From NCBI GenBank assembly GCA_002633005.1, contig NMRA01000635.1, positions 46,321 through 83,697 on the forward strand: a stretch of DNA of 37,377 nucleotides, written 5' to 3'. The position numbers and the translations under genes were made by a program. Below, one piece after another: positions 23,426 through 35,858 of this stretch. Source of the stretch: Phoronis australis (Eukaryota > Animalia > Phoronida). The first letter of the stretch is position 1. Every line of letters begins with the position of its first letter. Under the pieces are notes generated by a model. The model saw only the letters and a program-made list of their open reading frames with translations. It searched no databases and was not told the origin of the DNA.

Positions 23426-24007
23426 CTGTAGGTTAAATACACATAAGTCTTTTACTATAGGTGAGCTTGTCAAAACAATTCAGGGCTTGCAACATAAGTG
23501 GCCACTTGAGACCTCCTGTAGAAAAAATGGGGACCCAAGCGCATACTGAGATATTAAGCGAGTTGTAAGTAACCAAATCAATATTTTCATTCATTCAAAA
23601 ATTTACATCATATCACTTTAGAGTGCATTTACTTGTCACATGCAACCTAAACATAGAAAATCGTCTCGAAAAAAATCTCTTTACATCAACCATGTTTTCC
23701 TGTTGACAAGCAGATGACTTGTAATTCATATATGAAGCCCACTTGCAGTGGCAAAACTGATGGCACTATGTTCACACTCATTTAATATTTTGTGCCGTGG
23801 TTGAGTTGTCAAGTTTATAAGGCCAGCTGAATTTCACGTGGTAAGTGGAAAAATGTCACTTCAAATAATTTTGCTTTAATAAAACTGCATGAATACATAC
23901 AGGGGATATTATTTTATTTAAATCACTGGATAGCAGGGCTTAAGCAGTAGTGAAAATTGTACCCAATCGATGTAAAACACACTGAATATGACAAATATTG
24001 GACAAAC

Positions 24008-24105
24008 CTTTCCACTCTCCACCAGATTAGTCAACATCACAATTCTGTTGGTTCTTGTCTCCCAAACCATACGCATAAAGTCATCCACAGTATAAGAATT
24101 GGGGC
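24008..24105 (-). CDS. RPTP exon: D1 DFxRMVW / IVMLT
   Basis: 98 nt; GPNSYTVDDFMRMVWETRTNRIVMLTNLVESGK. Confidence 0.96.
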
Positions 24106-24541
24106 CTAGAAACAGCAAAAACCAACCCTTGTCACATTTCATCAAACACATATTAAATTATCAATCAACTGAAGGCAGTAAAATTAAGAGTAAAAAGCTC
24201 ACCACTAATTAGGATTCTAAATGTGGTCAACATGTAATACGAGTAAAAATAAACAATAAACGCTAAGTAATATTTCAAGGGAAGGGAACAGTCAAAACTG
24301 TACTTTCTGTACACACTGAAAGGTTTGCTTTGTTCATTGGGTAAACTATGATCAAAATCTTGGTAATCCTGTAATGACAGCTGTGAAAACCAGGTAAAAT
24401 GTAACAATACAAGTCTAACATCTCTGTTGCAACAATTGATACAAATTTTACTTTCTGCATTTCAAAGTACTGTGTATTAACAAACTTGAAAAAATATTTG
24501 ACCAGTATGGATATGATGGCAAAGTTTAATAAATAAAATAC

Positions 24542-24578
24542 CTTGAGAAGCGATATAGCTCTCGACATTGCTAAAATC
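24542..24578 (-). CDS. RPTP exon: D1 YIASQG
   Basis: 37 nt, tttgcag / gtattt; DFSNVESYIASQ(G). Confidence 0.93.
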
Positions 24579-24809
24579 CTGCAAAGATTCAAAGACAGCC
24601 AGTTAACATAAAGTGAAACACTGACAACATAACTAAGAGAACAGCATTCCAACACAATTCGAAAAGGTAGATTTACCTATTTACTGTAGTAATGACAAAA
24701 CCTCCAGGGGGGGGGGAAGTAAGATATGAACATTCTAGGAATCTGTGGCACCCTATTTACAAATTTAAAGCAATTGTCAACAGACAGGACACACTTTTCA
24801 CCTTTTAAA

Positions 24810-24954
24810 CATGGGCGGCGCAGCACTGAAAAAAGTGGGGGCTAAAGCCCCCTTAGACCCCCTTGTGGTGTACCGCCTACAGACCATGTGCGGCGTAGCT
24901 GAAATAAGTGGGACTATAGCCCCCCCCCCAGCCCCCTATGGTGCGCCGCCCGTG
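24810..24954. mobile_element. Tandem dimer of the tiny GC-rich MITE
   Basis: CATGGGCGGCGCA...TGCGCCGCCCGTG with two diverged units; TTAAA on both flanks. Confidence 0.68.
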
Positions 24955-27900
24955 TTAAAGGGCTTCAAAACAGAACTTGAAATGGTGAAACATTAAATTT
25001 GGTCCTATCATGTCCAACGAAATAACCTGAAAATAAAATTTTGTTGGCGTCACATGTTCAAAGTTGGTGAGCTTCTGTTTTAGTTAGAGGAGCTGTAGTC
25101 ATAACAACTTATTTTGATTTCGACCACTCACTGTTCCATAAGGGTTTTTTGCACTACAGATTAAGTACAACTTTTAGACCCAATGTGTACGATGATTGAT
25201 ACCGCATTAAATTTAGTACAGCACTAAAGATAATATGCTTGAAAAGATCAGACTAGCGAGCGTTGGCTGATAACATAAGCGCAATGTGAAAGATTAGGTC
25301 TGGACCAACTGTTTTGCTCGACCGCCCTAAATTATCTACCCATTTAAACAAGTGCACAGTTCCTTCTGCCATTTTGTGAAATCTCGACGTTGTTGTTGTT
25401 TCTGTCTACTCACTGTTCATTGTACAATTTTAAACTTAAACATAAATAAGAATAGAAGTGGCAATTGATTGTCCAACGAAACGGAGATCCTTTGAAGTAT
25501 TTTTAACAACATCCGTGTTTAGTATTTGGAAGTTTCAAAGTTAGGACAATAAGCTCTACAAGAAGACTTGTCATAGCTTGTCTTTTTATGTCGACGACGA
25601 TCATGACGATGAAGACGGCAATTATGAACAACACGATAACATTCATGTGACTAGCGAAGAAATAACTAAGAAATAGGCTGCTGGCTTGTTCATTAGAAGC
25701 TAAACCAACATCAATGCAGCAAGAGCACTCACCAAAGGAACAGCAAAATCAGAAAATCTCGAATTCGAAAAGTAGACGTTCTAGCAAAAACTGGAAAACA
25801 TCATCTGAAAGCTCATTCAAAACTATCTTAATTGATAGTAACGCACAATTCCGTAATTTTTTTTCGATAAAATTGAAATTTGGCATTTATTTGAAATTCA
25901 AAGTCAAATGACTCGAAAACGGTAAGTCTGAGAAAAACGTTATCACAGTACTTTTGAAAGAGCATACATCAAGGAATCCACATGCAAAAATTTACTTACA
26001 TCATTTGCTCTTTCCGTAAAAATGTGACCGCAGAACTATCGAAAATGGGTGAAAATGCGCCAGAGCTGCCATCAAAGTGACTTCGGGTTAAACAAACTTT
26101 TATAATAGCCAAATCAAACGAAACAAACAGGTGACAAGATTGAAAATGATTGGTTCACCAATGCGCCCTCTACAGGAGAAAACGTTTTCGGCCAGATATC
26201 GAGGTGCGCATGCGCCATGGCCAACATTTCTGCCATCTTTGAACAGAAGTTAAAGATTTACCGCGCAGTTGTTTTACTTGTGTTCTGTAATAATCGTACC
26301 AAGTTTTAGCTCTGCACGTTGAAAAATGCAGTCTCTATGAGCATTTGAATCTGAAACCCTAAACAAATTAATGCTCAGAAGACTTTGGCACAAACTTTGC
26401 TTAATGAGCATCACTTTCTTCAAGATCATTACCAAATATCCTTTATACCTACACAATATGTACTATGTGGTTGTATCTAAGCCCATGTACTTATATGTGA
26501 AGCTGCAATGTCCAGAATAAGGCACATGCACCCTGTGTGAGATGAGTGATATCCAAGCAGCATACCAATTAAGTCGATGTATTCGAGAAAAAGTGTTGAT
26601 GCTGACCTGTTGTCTATTTAATACACAATTCACAAGAAATATACAAAGACTGAACAACAAACACACAAAGAACAGTCAATTTAGACAGTGCATGGCTATG
26701 TACATGCCTATGGCTATGCACAAGGACATCTGCCTACATCTGTTAAATGAAGAATAGCTTCATGCGCCTGTATGCAAAGCACTTGAACAAAAACGTGCAA
26801 TATTTTGGGAGTAATTACTTGCACACACAGTAGAGAAAGTTCAAATGTGCTTAAAATGGTCACCACTAAGATTCCCTTTGCCCTCAAACAACTTTTATAA
26901 TGCCTATTCACCACACCCTTGTACTGAACTAAAGAAACAGAAAGGTAATCACTAGCACTACTTTCTCAACAGTGTGACTTGTTACATATTAAAAAACTGG
27001 TTTTCTTTGGCATTTGCACACAAAGTTACAGGCTGAAATGCGAAAAGTACAGTTTCGAATTGGTACATTTTAAATATTGCAAAATGACTAAATATGGGTT
27101 CATCTTGACAAAGGGGCACTTCCCAAACGATCATGTTTCATACAGGTTTTCGTCATTTTATTTTTTATAATACCTCACCCTACTTTGTTTTATTTCTTGC
27201 CATGTCCCTATCTCTTGATTTCAATTTGTGCTTCAAGTGGCAAATTTTGATCGTCAGTGAAACTCAGAAGTAAGCTCTCGCCCATCGTTCCACCTTAACT
27301 ACTGCAGTAGCTTCAATTTTGTTATACATTTTGAAGCTAGCCTTAGTCTTTACAACATGTGTTTCATCTCTGTTTTGCACATTCTCGCAAATAGCAGTTT
27401 TCCGATAGCAAATCAAATAGTTCAAAACGACTGGGCAATGAGCGTAGTCTTAAAAGCTATTGACATCTAATTAAGTTGGTCACAATGTGTTGTTGTATTA
27501 ATGTAGTTTTAATTACTAGTTTTATACTAAAAATAATAAACCATGTGATATTGTTGATTATGATCAACATTTGTCGATCCTCCGAGTATTTAAATACATA
27601 CAGTCATTTCTCTTCAATCCGTAAACCAAAATTTGAAATTTTAGCTTATTTGTTCAATTGATTTGATTCTAAAAATCGAAAACCATACTGCGTTGATTTT
27701 TACAGTTGAAAGCCACCGTAATGTTAACTTTTAATGGAAATTATTGGTTTATGCATTTTATTGAAAATTTGCCGGTATATACAAAAATTAATGGTGAAGT
27801 TTACTACAGTTTATGACTGCTTAATTGAATTTCGCTCACACTGGAAAATGTGGTCATCACAACTGTGTTTGACTCTGGCGCCGCACACTCTATGATCCTA

Positions 27901-28089
27901 GTTAAAGCCGTTCAGAGGACAGGTGAAGAATCGGGGAAAATTCCTGCGTATCTTTATTCAAGGCGTGTACACTAAGCAAAGCCAGTTGGTCATTCTTGTT
28001 GGCAGATCAGTTATTTAAGACCTCACAAGGTCAACCATGCCAATACTCAAAGTGGGGTGGTACTACATGACATGGGCAAGCAAACTCAC

Positions 28090-28254
28090 CACAATATGGG
28101 TAGCATTGATGTAGTCGGAATGTGGGTTATTGGGAAGCATTTCCAAGACAACGCGTGACTTGTCATAAGGGATGATATTACCATAACGATTCTTTTTCTT
28201 ATTTTCTTGCTTAGCACCGTTTTTGTGCGGTTGAACTAGGTCGCTTTGCAAATT
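28090..28254 (-). CDS. RPTP exon: D1 start (KNRY, DYINA)
   Basis: 165 nt, tttcag / gtgagt; [21 protein letters not shown]...[10 protein letters not shown]. Confidence 0.97.
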
Positions 28255-28924
28255 CTGAAATATAAAGAAAAAATGGTTGAACGTGAACCAAACATCATTA
28301 CTACAGGAACCTAGAATCAAGCCTAAAACAAATCGTTGGGTCTTTTAAACCAAATACCACATTTTCCCATCAACTTAAGCCTCAATATCAGAAACATTGA
28401 AGATATCATGTAGTGCGGGATTCAAAGATCTTTTCAAACACTGACTTGCATTAATAGCAGGCACAGGGCATTCTTCAAGGTGAAAGGTTCTTGTTCTGAA
28501 GATGGTGTTGGTTGTTGGTAGTAATTGGACAGGTGCAGTTAAAATCAAAATCAAACAAAATGTTGTAGAGATCACCTTCAAACGCCATTAAACTTTACAC
28601 AATAATAAAGCAATACAAACTCAGCCTGTTTAAAGGCGGCATAAACTCAGTCAATAGAAATCTACAAGTATCGTCATCAAAAATCCTGCTTATGAGAAAC
28701 GCTTATCTAAGTTCCTTTTGTCTGGAGTAGAAGAATTATCACATGCAACAATGACTTCAAGGCAACAAAACACTGGCTCAAATAAGTTGATATATCATGG
28801 ATTAAAACTGGTGAATTTTGACTCGAAAACTGAATTCTTCATTGAATAAAAATTTAGGTTAGGGTAATTTTTATCCAAAGAAATACAACTGACAAAAATG
28901 TCAAAATAGATCTGTTCGGTTTCG

Positions 28925-30327
28925 GTCATGCCATTTTGAGCAAAAAGAAGGTTTGTTGATTATCCCAGACACATTTTTCACTAACTTTTTGTAATATAAT
29001 TAATTACTGGTCCTCTACTCCGGAAGTGACGTTTTGGGAGGCAAGAATTTCGCGCCTGCATTTGGTTCTTAGTTGAGTTTACTGAGAGGATCTGTACTAC
29101 TACTTTGAAATGTGTTTTTGTACTGTTCTTTAAAATTTTCATCACCACTTCCCATCGTCGAGTATTTTACGACAAGCTAGGTTCACATGTTACAGATGTC
29201 AATTAGGTTGGATTTATAGATATCACAGTGACAGTAATGACGTGAGTAACGGAGACATTGTTCATAGCATTGGTGACGAGAAATTTTTTCACGGACAGTC
29301 AGTGGGTGGGTATTTGTTTAAGCCCGAGTATAATGAGGCGCGAGAACGCACAGGCACATATGTCCCACTTGCCCGAGTGTCCCGCAACACACTTCCACAG
29401 AGCACCCAAACTGCTTACATCCCACCGTGTGACTCTCTCGCCACACACATGGCACCTTCTAGATAGCTAAAATACCTTAGACAAATCCGCAATAAACTTA
29501 TCAAAGTTTGGCTCACTGATCTGTTCACTGGACGACCAACTGTGCTCTTTACTGGGTATCGAACTGGGCCTCTATTCACTCCCACTACTCAATATCGCTG
29601 CAGGGCTGCCTACAGGCTGTGGGCTAGAGACAACAGCAAGGGGCGAATCACTGCTAGTCCTGGAATTGCAAGCTCTGGGGGTACGTTCAGAGGCAACGGT
29701 GACAGTACATGACGTGCCTCCAGCCACTGTAGTGGCCACAGTTCGCGAGGCTTCTCGCTTCAAAAATGCACTTCTCGGGGTTGGTGACAGAGCACTGCCG
29801 GGAATCAACAGCGACGGTATGGCACCCATATTCAGGCGTTGTTTCGCAAGTAACTTCATCAATTCAGCGTACATATCTCTCTCGTAATTTGGCGACAGAA
29901 AATGGTTGCCACACCCTCCACTGCTTCTAACGTTGCGTGGATAGGTAACCGTTGGGTGCTTTACCTGAACGGGCCAAAGTACTGACGGCCAAGTGTGTCA
30001 TCCTTCGGAAAGCGATGCAAAGCCGGGTATTCCCAAAGCGAGCGTGAGACGATAATGATTACATCCCGGTACGCAGCAACAGTGTGGCATGTTGACTGAC
30101 TCGTAAATAAAAACAAACAACGACCAAACATATCACAACTAAGGTCGACCAATGACTGACTCTTCAGCTGTCGCGAAATTCTTGCCTCCCAAAATGTCCC
30201 TTCCGGAGTAGAGGACGGGCAATTAATTAATAGGAAAAGCTGTTGTAATTAAGTGAAAAATATGTCTAGGATAATCAACGAACCTTATTTTTGCTGAAAA
30301 TGACATGAAAAAAGGTTGCCTTCGCCT
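28925..30327 (-). mobile_element. Second copy of the THAP/Kolobok-like element, opposite orientation
   Basis: 29350-30327 is the reverse complement of about 21157-22150 (HRFPKDDTL, NHF, GAIPSLLIPGSA); ends GCCTTCGCCT followed by TTAA at 30328-31; a partial TIR copy lies at about 28925-29055. Confidence 0.85.
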
Positions 30328-30416
30328 TTAATGATTTTACCTAACTCCAGTTAAAACCAATAAAAACACCTCATGTATAAGACAGTGTAATCGAAACAAA
30401 AACTAATCTAACATAC

Positions 30417-30682
30417 ACTGTACTCCTTTCTGTAAGCATCTCTGCCATGTTTGTTCATATCATTGACATAGTCCAGAAATTCTGTTGTTTTCCGGCGTCC
30501 TGACACCTGTCCTACATTCCCATAGATGTCGTCAGTGTTGTCTGTCTCAGATTCCAGGTCCTTGTGGAACAAAGCACCCCTGCCATTGCCAGAATCGTCA
30601 GAGTCTTGGATGTCCAGTTGGATTTTAACGTCTGAGGTTACATCGTCATCATTCACTTTCGCAGCAGCCACATTTTGCAACT
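30417..30682 (-). CDS. RPTP exon: juxtamembrane region
   Basis: 266 nt, caacag / gtatgt; acidic segment, DDIYGNV, ending ...DAYRKEYS at the start of the wedge region. Confidence 0.88.
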
Positions 30683-31559
30683 CTGTTGAATTGAAATGGA
30701 AACCAGTTAGGTCGTCATGTTGTGTGCAGTTAGTTTTCAAAATACTTTAACGTAAATTTGTTGAAGTTGTATAGTTTGGTTGAAAAGTGAATTAAAACTT
30801 CACTATATGCATCATCCAACAGTGGTGCATTTTGAGAACCAGTTTTTACTGCTGAATAACAGGCATCAGACTGGTTCTAAAAGTCCAAGCAGATTAACCG
30901 AATGAATGACAAAAATAGTCAGTAAAATGAATATCCCCATATGCTGTACACATTAGACCCTACATTTCATTTCCCAACCAACAACTATAGATGCACCAGT
31001 TGGGATTACAATGGACACTTGCCAGAGTTTCTTGACTTTTAAGCTTCTCTTTTTGGGTACTAAGGAACAGAGATGGGGTCAATGATAGCAACTGCTGCCT
31101 GATGGTGGCAACAATCATTCCCAAACATTTTAGACACTGAGTACTATAAAAATTAAATCCAGCACTGAAAAATGAACTTTTTATTGTTTGAATGATAAAA
31201 ATCTACCACAAAAAGAGAAATGATGCTACTGATACTCCTTGTCCCCACATCTTTTATCATGAAGCCTGCTTGAGCAGCACAATAGGAGTACTCAGCAGAA
31301 TATGCTCTTTGTTGATATGTCACCCCCTCTATTTTGGAACCAGCCTGAGCAACACAATGGGGCTACTCAACTCGTGTACACCATCATTCATCAGAGTGAT
31401 CTTAATAGCCCAAAGAATACAGTCAGTGAAATTTGAATGGAGTGGCGGTTGACATGTCTCCAAAACTTGTTCAATCAATGCACCGCCGTACAATTATTAT
31501 AAAATATGCAAATCATTACTTTCCTTCCCATGTGCTGCCATATTTAAAATACTCACACC

Positions 31560-31860
31560 AAAATGTAAGAACATATAAGTCTTTTTTCATAATTGTCCAA
31601 GGAATGGTTTATGTGAGAGAGAGGCAAACAGCAAAAACAGACTCAAGAAAATAAAAACGGCCACCAGGTGGCATGCACTACATCAAATCTAAATGAAAAT
31701 GCGATGTCATAGACAGTCTCTTTAATTTGCCATAAAAATCCATCCTGGAACTCCAAAAATACAGAATAAAATGCCACTAGAGTTCACCACAGTATTTGGA
31801 TCTATCCGAAAGTCGAGATCATCTATTGTCACCTTCATGTAAATATCATGACGGCGACAT
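31560..31860 (-). repeat. Fragment of the same HINE-like family
   Basis: AAAAACAGACTCAA..GGCCACCAGGTGGC..TCCGAAAGT blocks shared with 15370-15600. Confidence 0.6.
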
Positions 31861-32419
31861 CCCGTTGCTCCCAACTTGTTCGATTCTACAGCCCAACAAC
31901 AAGTTGGGAAGTTTACCCCACCCCTAGCCAATATATCTTACACGACTGATTAACTCCACACTGTTATTTATGGTTGGAGGGCCTGTGCTCTTTTGTTTGG
32001 TAATTGCTCTAATATGTAATCAAATCGTATCTAGCCTGACTGGGCTGGGCTGATAAAAATGAAAGTTAAGTTATAACATATTTGAGCTTAAACCAATAGC
32101 ATTTCTGAACTCCTCGTCAAATGCTGATCATGTTTCGTTTTTGAATCACCAAAATCGCTCATCTACAACAGAAGTTAAGACAATCTATTCTGTCCAAACG
32201 GATTACCAAAGCGGGGGTTTGACTGTGTTCATACGCGTTCGGTAATAGCGTGCAACCACCATACGTTTCCTTTGAAGCCTGGGAGATAAGTGGCCTGCTT
32301 GTTATCATACGGGACAAAAGACTAAGCTGGGCAGTTAACAAAAGAGCCACTGCACGTTCAGCACCCTCACGTCTGGAAAAGTTACTGAACGACATAACGC
32401 TGTAATGGACTTGCTAAAT

Positions 32420-33130
32420 TTTACAAAGATCTCTTGGAGGGCCCAGGAGATACAGCCATGAAATGCAAAAAAAAACAATTACAACTACTAGGAAGTCACT
32501 GTAGTTGGAGTCATCTGAAAGTCATCATCAGCCCTCCTCTTCCCAGTGGAACATATAAGTCATAATCATCCTCAGCGTGGTTTGACCTATAGAGGGGGCG
32601 TGGCAATAATCAGACTAGAAATCCGTAAAAATAGCCACTAGGTGGCGAAAAATATGTCAAATCCATTTGAAAACGCAAAGATGGCATCATCTTTCCAATA
32701 GATATCTATGCCAAATTTCATAAAATTCCATTACCAAACTTAGAAGACACAGAGGCAAACGTAAAAACTAAAATTGCCACTAGGAGGCACACCTGAAATC
32801 AGATCTCCCCGAACATTCGCCCATACTGTCTCATTCATGAAAGGAGCACATGTGCAAAATTTTATGAACATGCCTCACGGAGTTTTGGAGATACAACAGC
32901 AGACGCCTGATGCCGGACGAACAGAGACAACAGCATAATGCGCCCACATAATAAATATGTGGACGCATAAAAAGGCGTTGTTGTTTTCTTAACAGAAACC
33001 TATTTGCCAAATTTCAAGAAAATTCATCAATGAACTCTGAAGATAGAGAGGTATATGTATAACAAATCTAAAATTGCCACTAGGGGGCACAGCAGTAGTC
33101 AGATAGGACCAAAACTCATCATCATTCATT
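32420..33130 (-). mobile_element. HINE-like element of the same family plus an adjacent fragment
   Basis: Collinear with about 15200-15760; terminal hairpin ATGCGCCCACATA-ATAAA-TATGTGGACGCAT followed by AAAAA at 32938-32973. Confidence 0.68.
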
Positions 33131-33636
33131 GCCTGCTATAACTAGGCGCAAAGCAGAGGTTGGATCGGTACAAAACTCATTGTCACCACTCTTCAGCTTC
33201 ATAGAAACACAAAATCTCATTTAGATGAGACAGTATGACCCAATGGGCAAAATGTATGTTGTGAGTTCGAGTTCCACTAGGCCACACTGCTAGACCCCTT
33301 GAGTCAGGTCTCTATAGCTCCACAGCTCGGTTTTTAACTCTCCAGCGGCACGTGCACATCTGTTACACTGTACTAGACCGCCTGCAATTAAGTTTCATTA
33401 AGATCCTTCAATGAGTTTAGGATTTACAGATTAAGTGGAAAATGGATGTCGGGACACCAAGACAGAGATGACTGCAACAAGCATAATATATACACAAGTC
33501 TGTGTCCATAATTAAAAATTGGGTCATGCAAGGAAACTTCCATGCTCTCACAATGGTAAGTAGTGTAATGTATTGTATCGATCCTATAGCTTTCAATATC
33601 AGCATTCCGCCCTGCTCACATATAGAAATCTTTTAC

Positions 33637-33701
33637 CTGATACTTCAATGGCGCCAATCTTATCGGCATGTCGTTTTGGCCTGTTTTGTCTTCGCCGACG
33701 T
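33637..33701 (-). CDS. RPTP exon: polybasic stop-transfer segment
   Basis: 65 nt, tatttag / gtaaaa; RRRRQNRPKRHADKIGAIEVS immediately after the TM helix; phase 2 to 1. Confidence 0.88.
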
Positions 33702-34003
33702 CTAAATACAAGTACATCATTATATAATCACCATAATATCAAATGTTTTGACAATACAGTCTTGATAACAACTGCAAATCTAGTTACAAAGACGTGAAAC
33801 TCAACTTTACACACCACATTTGCCCTCATATGCACCAGGGTGACAACCTGACATACAACCCTTTAATGCTTTGCCTAGTAGCAGTACTGTAGCCAATGAT
33901 AATACTGCTAGAAATACCTCCTTCGTTTAGTTTTATGCACAAAACACAACTGCCAAGCTCAGGGCTGATGTTACCTGTTCCAGAACTCATGAGTGATACT
34001 TAC

Positions 34004-34097
34004 ATAACAATGATAACCACAATGACCACAACAACCAGAATGGCCACTACAGCGCTAACAGACCCACCAATAGCACCAGAGTCTACAAACTGTTTGG
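34004..34097 (-). CDS. RPTP exon: transmembrane helix
   Basis: 94 nt, ctttcag / gtaagt; KQFVDSGAIGGSVSAVVAILVVVVIVVIIV. Confidence 0.92.
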
Positions 34098-34351
34098 CTG
34101 AAAGAACAATACACTTGGTGAACAGGTGGTGTGAACAGACCAATAGCACCAGAGTCTAAGGACTGCTTGGCTGAAAGCTTGGTAAACAGTCAAGTGGACA
34201 GATGTTCCACACACTAAGTTTCCTGTGAGAAAAGCGACACCACTACAAAAATCAGACGAGTGAAAGGCAAGTGTTTAGTTAGCATGCTCAGGACGATATA
34301 CCTATAGCTACAAGGAGATCACCGAAGTGATTGATTGGTGAGGTTGGACTG

Positions 34352-34460
34352 TTGAATTAGTGGACATAGTTCATGAATTAAGGCATAGAACTAGTGGACA
34401 GAATTTATGAATTAAAGTATAAACTTAATGGACAAAATTCAAGAATTAAGGCATAGAATT
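34352..34460. repeat. Degenerate ~33-bp tandem repeat, about 3 copies
   Basis: TAGTGGACA..TTCATGAATTAAGGCATAGAA. Confidence 0.75.
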
Positions 34461-34859
34461 CACCATTCCTATTTCATAAGTGAAGATTTTTAACCTGAAG
34501 TGCAAGATAATGTCTTGGCTTTATGGAACACAGCCCTGTATATAACATTCAGAGCCCAGTCTCAATACCCACATTAAACAAGTCAAAAATGGATATTTAA
34601 TCAAACAATCAATGAATCAATAATTAAGTCATTAAATGGCAAGCTCCAAACAAAACAAAGCTACTACAGAATTGAGTGTTTCACACAACCCATGTCATGA
34701 AGTTCACTATAGTCACTTACTGAGAAGCATTGTGAGTCTGGTGAATCAGACGTTTTTTTTTCTAATTGAACAACGAATAAGAAAAACCTATTCCATCACA
34801 TCATGTCATGATAAACAATCAACCTCCATATCAACTATGCTCCCTCCATACACAAAGTG

Positions 34860-35133
34860 ATCATGACACAGAACAGAACAACACTCTCTTCCAAGCATGA
34901 CACAGAACAGATCAGCACCCTCCTCAAATCATGATACAGAACAGATCAGCACCCTCCTCCAATCATGACACAGAACAGATCGGCACCCTCCTCCAATCAT
35001 GACACAGAACAGATCAGCACCCTCCTCAAATCATGACACAGAACAGATCAGCACCCTCCTCCAATCATGACACAGAACAGATCGGCACCCTCCTCCAATC
35101 ATGACACAGAACAGATCAGCACCCTCCTCCAAT
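34860..35133. repeat. 34-bp tandem repeat, 8 copies
   Basis: CATGACACAGAACAGATCAGCACCCTCCTCCAAT every 34 bp from 34862. Confidence 0.95.
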
Positions 35134-35267
35134 AATCAGTCATCAATAGTTGGGGATGATTTGAAAATTTTTGAAATCCACAAAATTCCATTTATGAAAA
35201 AGCATAAAGCATAGTGAGTAGAGGAACACTCCTGCTAGAGACTGTCCATCCATGTTCTTATAGTTAC

Positions 35268-35313
35268 CTTGATGGGACTTTCCACCAACATGTTGATAAG
35301 CTGTGCTTGTAGA
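35268..35313 (-). CDS. RPTP exon: short stalk
   Basis: 46 nt, tttttcag / gtaact, STSTAYQHVGGKSHQ; phase 0 to 1 bridges the flanking exons exactly. Confidence 0.75.
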
Positions 35314-35858
35314 CTGAAAAAACATGACAAATTAAAGATGAGCACATGCAAACTGTCTTCAGGGTGTGTACAGAGCGACCGCAATAAAATGAAACAGGAA
35401 TAATATAAAACACAGTACATTTATGGAAATAGCAAAAATTGTCTGTGAGCATAACAAATTTTCATGAAAATAGAAGTGGAAGATGGGAAATATTACTGCG
35501 AACTAATACGGACGCTTTGAGAACAAGTCAAATAGCTGGTGAATGGCCACCATTCTAAGAAAGGAATGAAACTGACCGATGCGGTACAAGCAGAGCAATA
35601 ATTTCAAAGTAGTAAGTGCACCTTGCATACAGGCCCACATTCATAGTACTTTTGTGTTAAGTTTGTTCAAACGCTGTCCAAAGTAAACAAATTGAGAAAT
35701 ACCTTTTCAAAACTAAAATGGTCAATGGCATGCTGCCATAGTAATTGTTCATGAGGTGCAAGCGTATCCCTACCATATACCTCTGAGTGAACTTCCATCA
35801 AAATCCCTTTAAGTAATTGAGAAATAATACACATTTAAGTAACAATCCAAGGACATAC

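Noticed and set aside
24290-24368. Exon-like segment cattacag|DYQDFDHSLP...
   Set aside because: It lies in a phase-1 intron between the contiguous YIASQG and GP exons, has no convincing donor and has no PTP similarity.
24955-27455. Additional repeat-like segments (TTAAAGGG start at 24955, CGTAGTCTTAA end near 27452)
   Set aside because: Probably transposon-derived, but I could not pair termini or find a second copy in the window.
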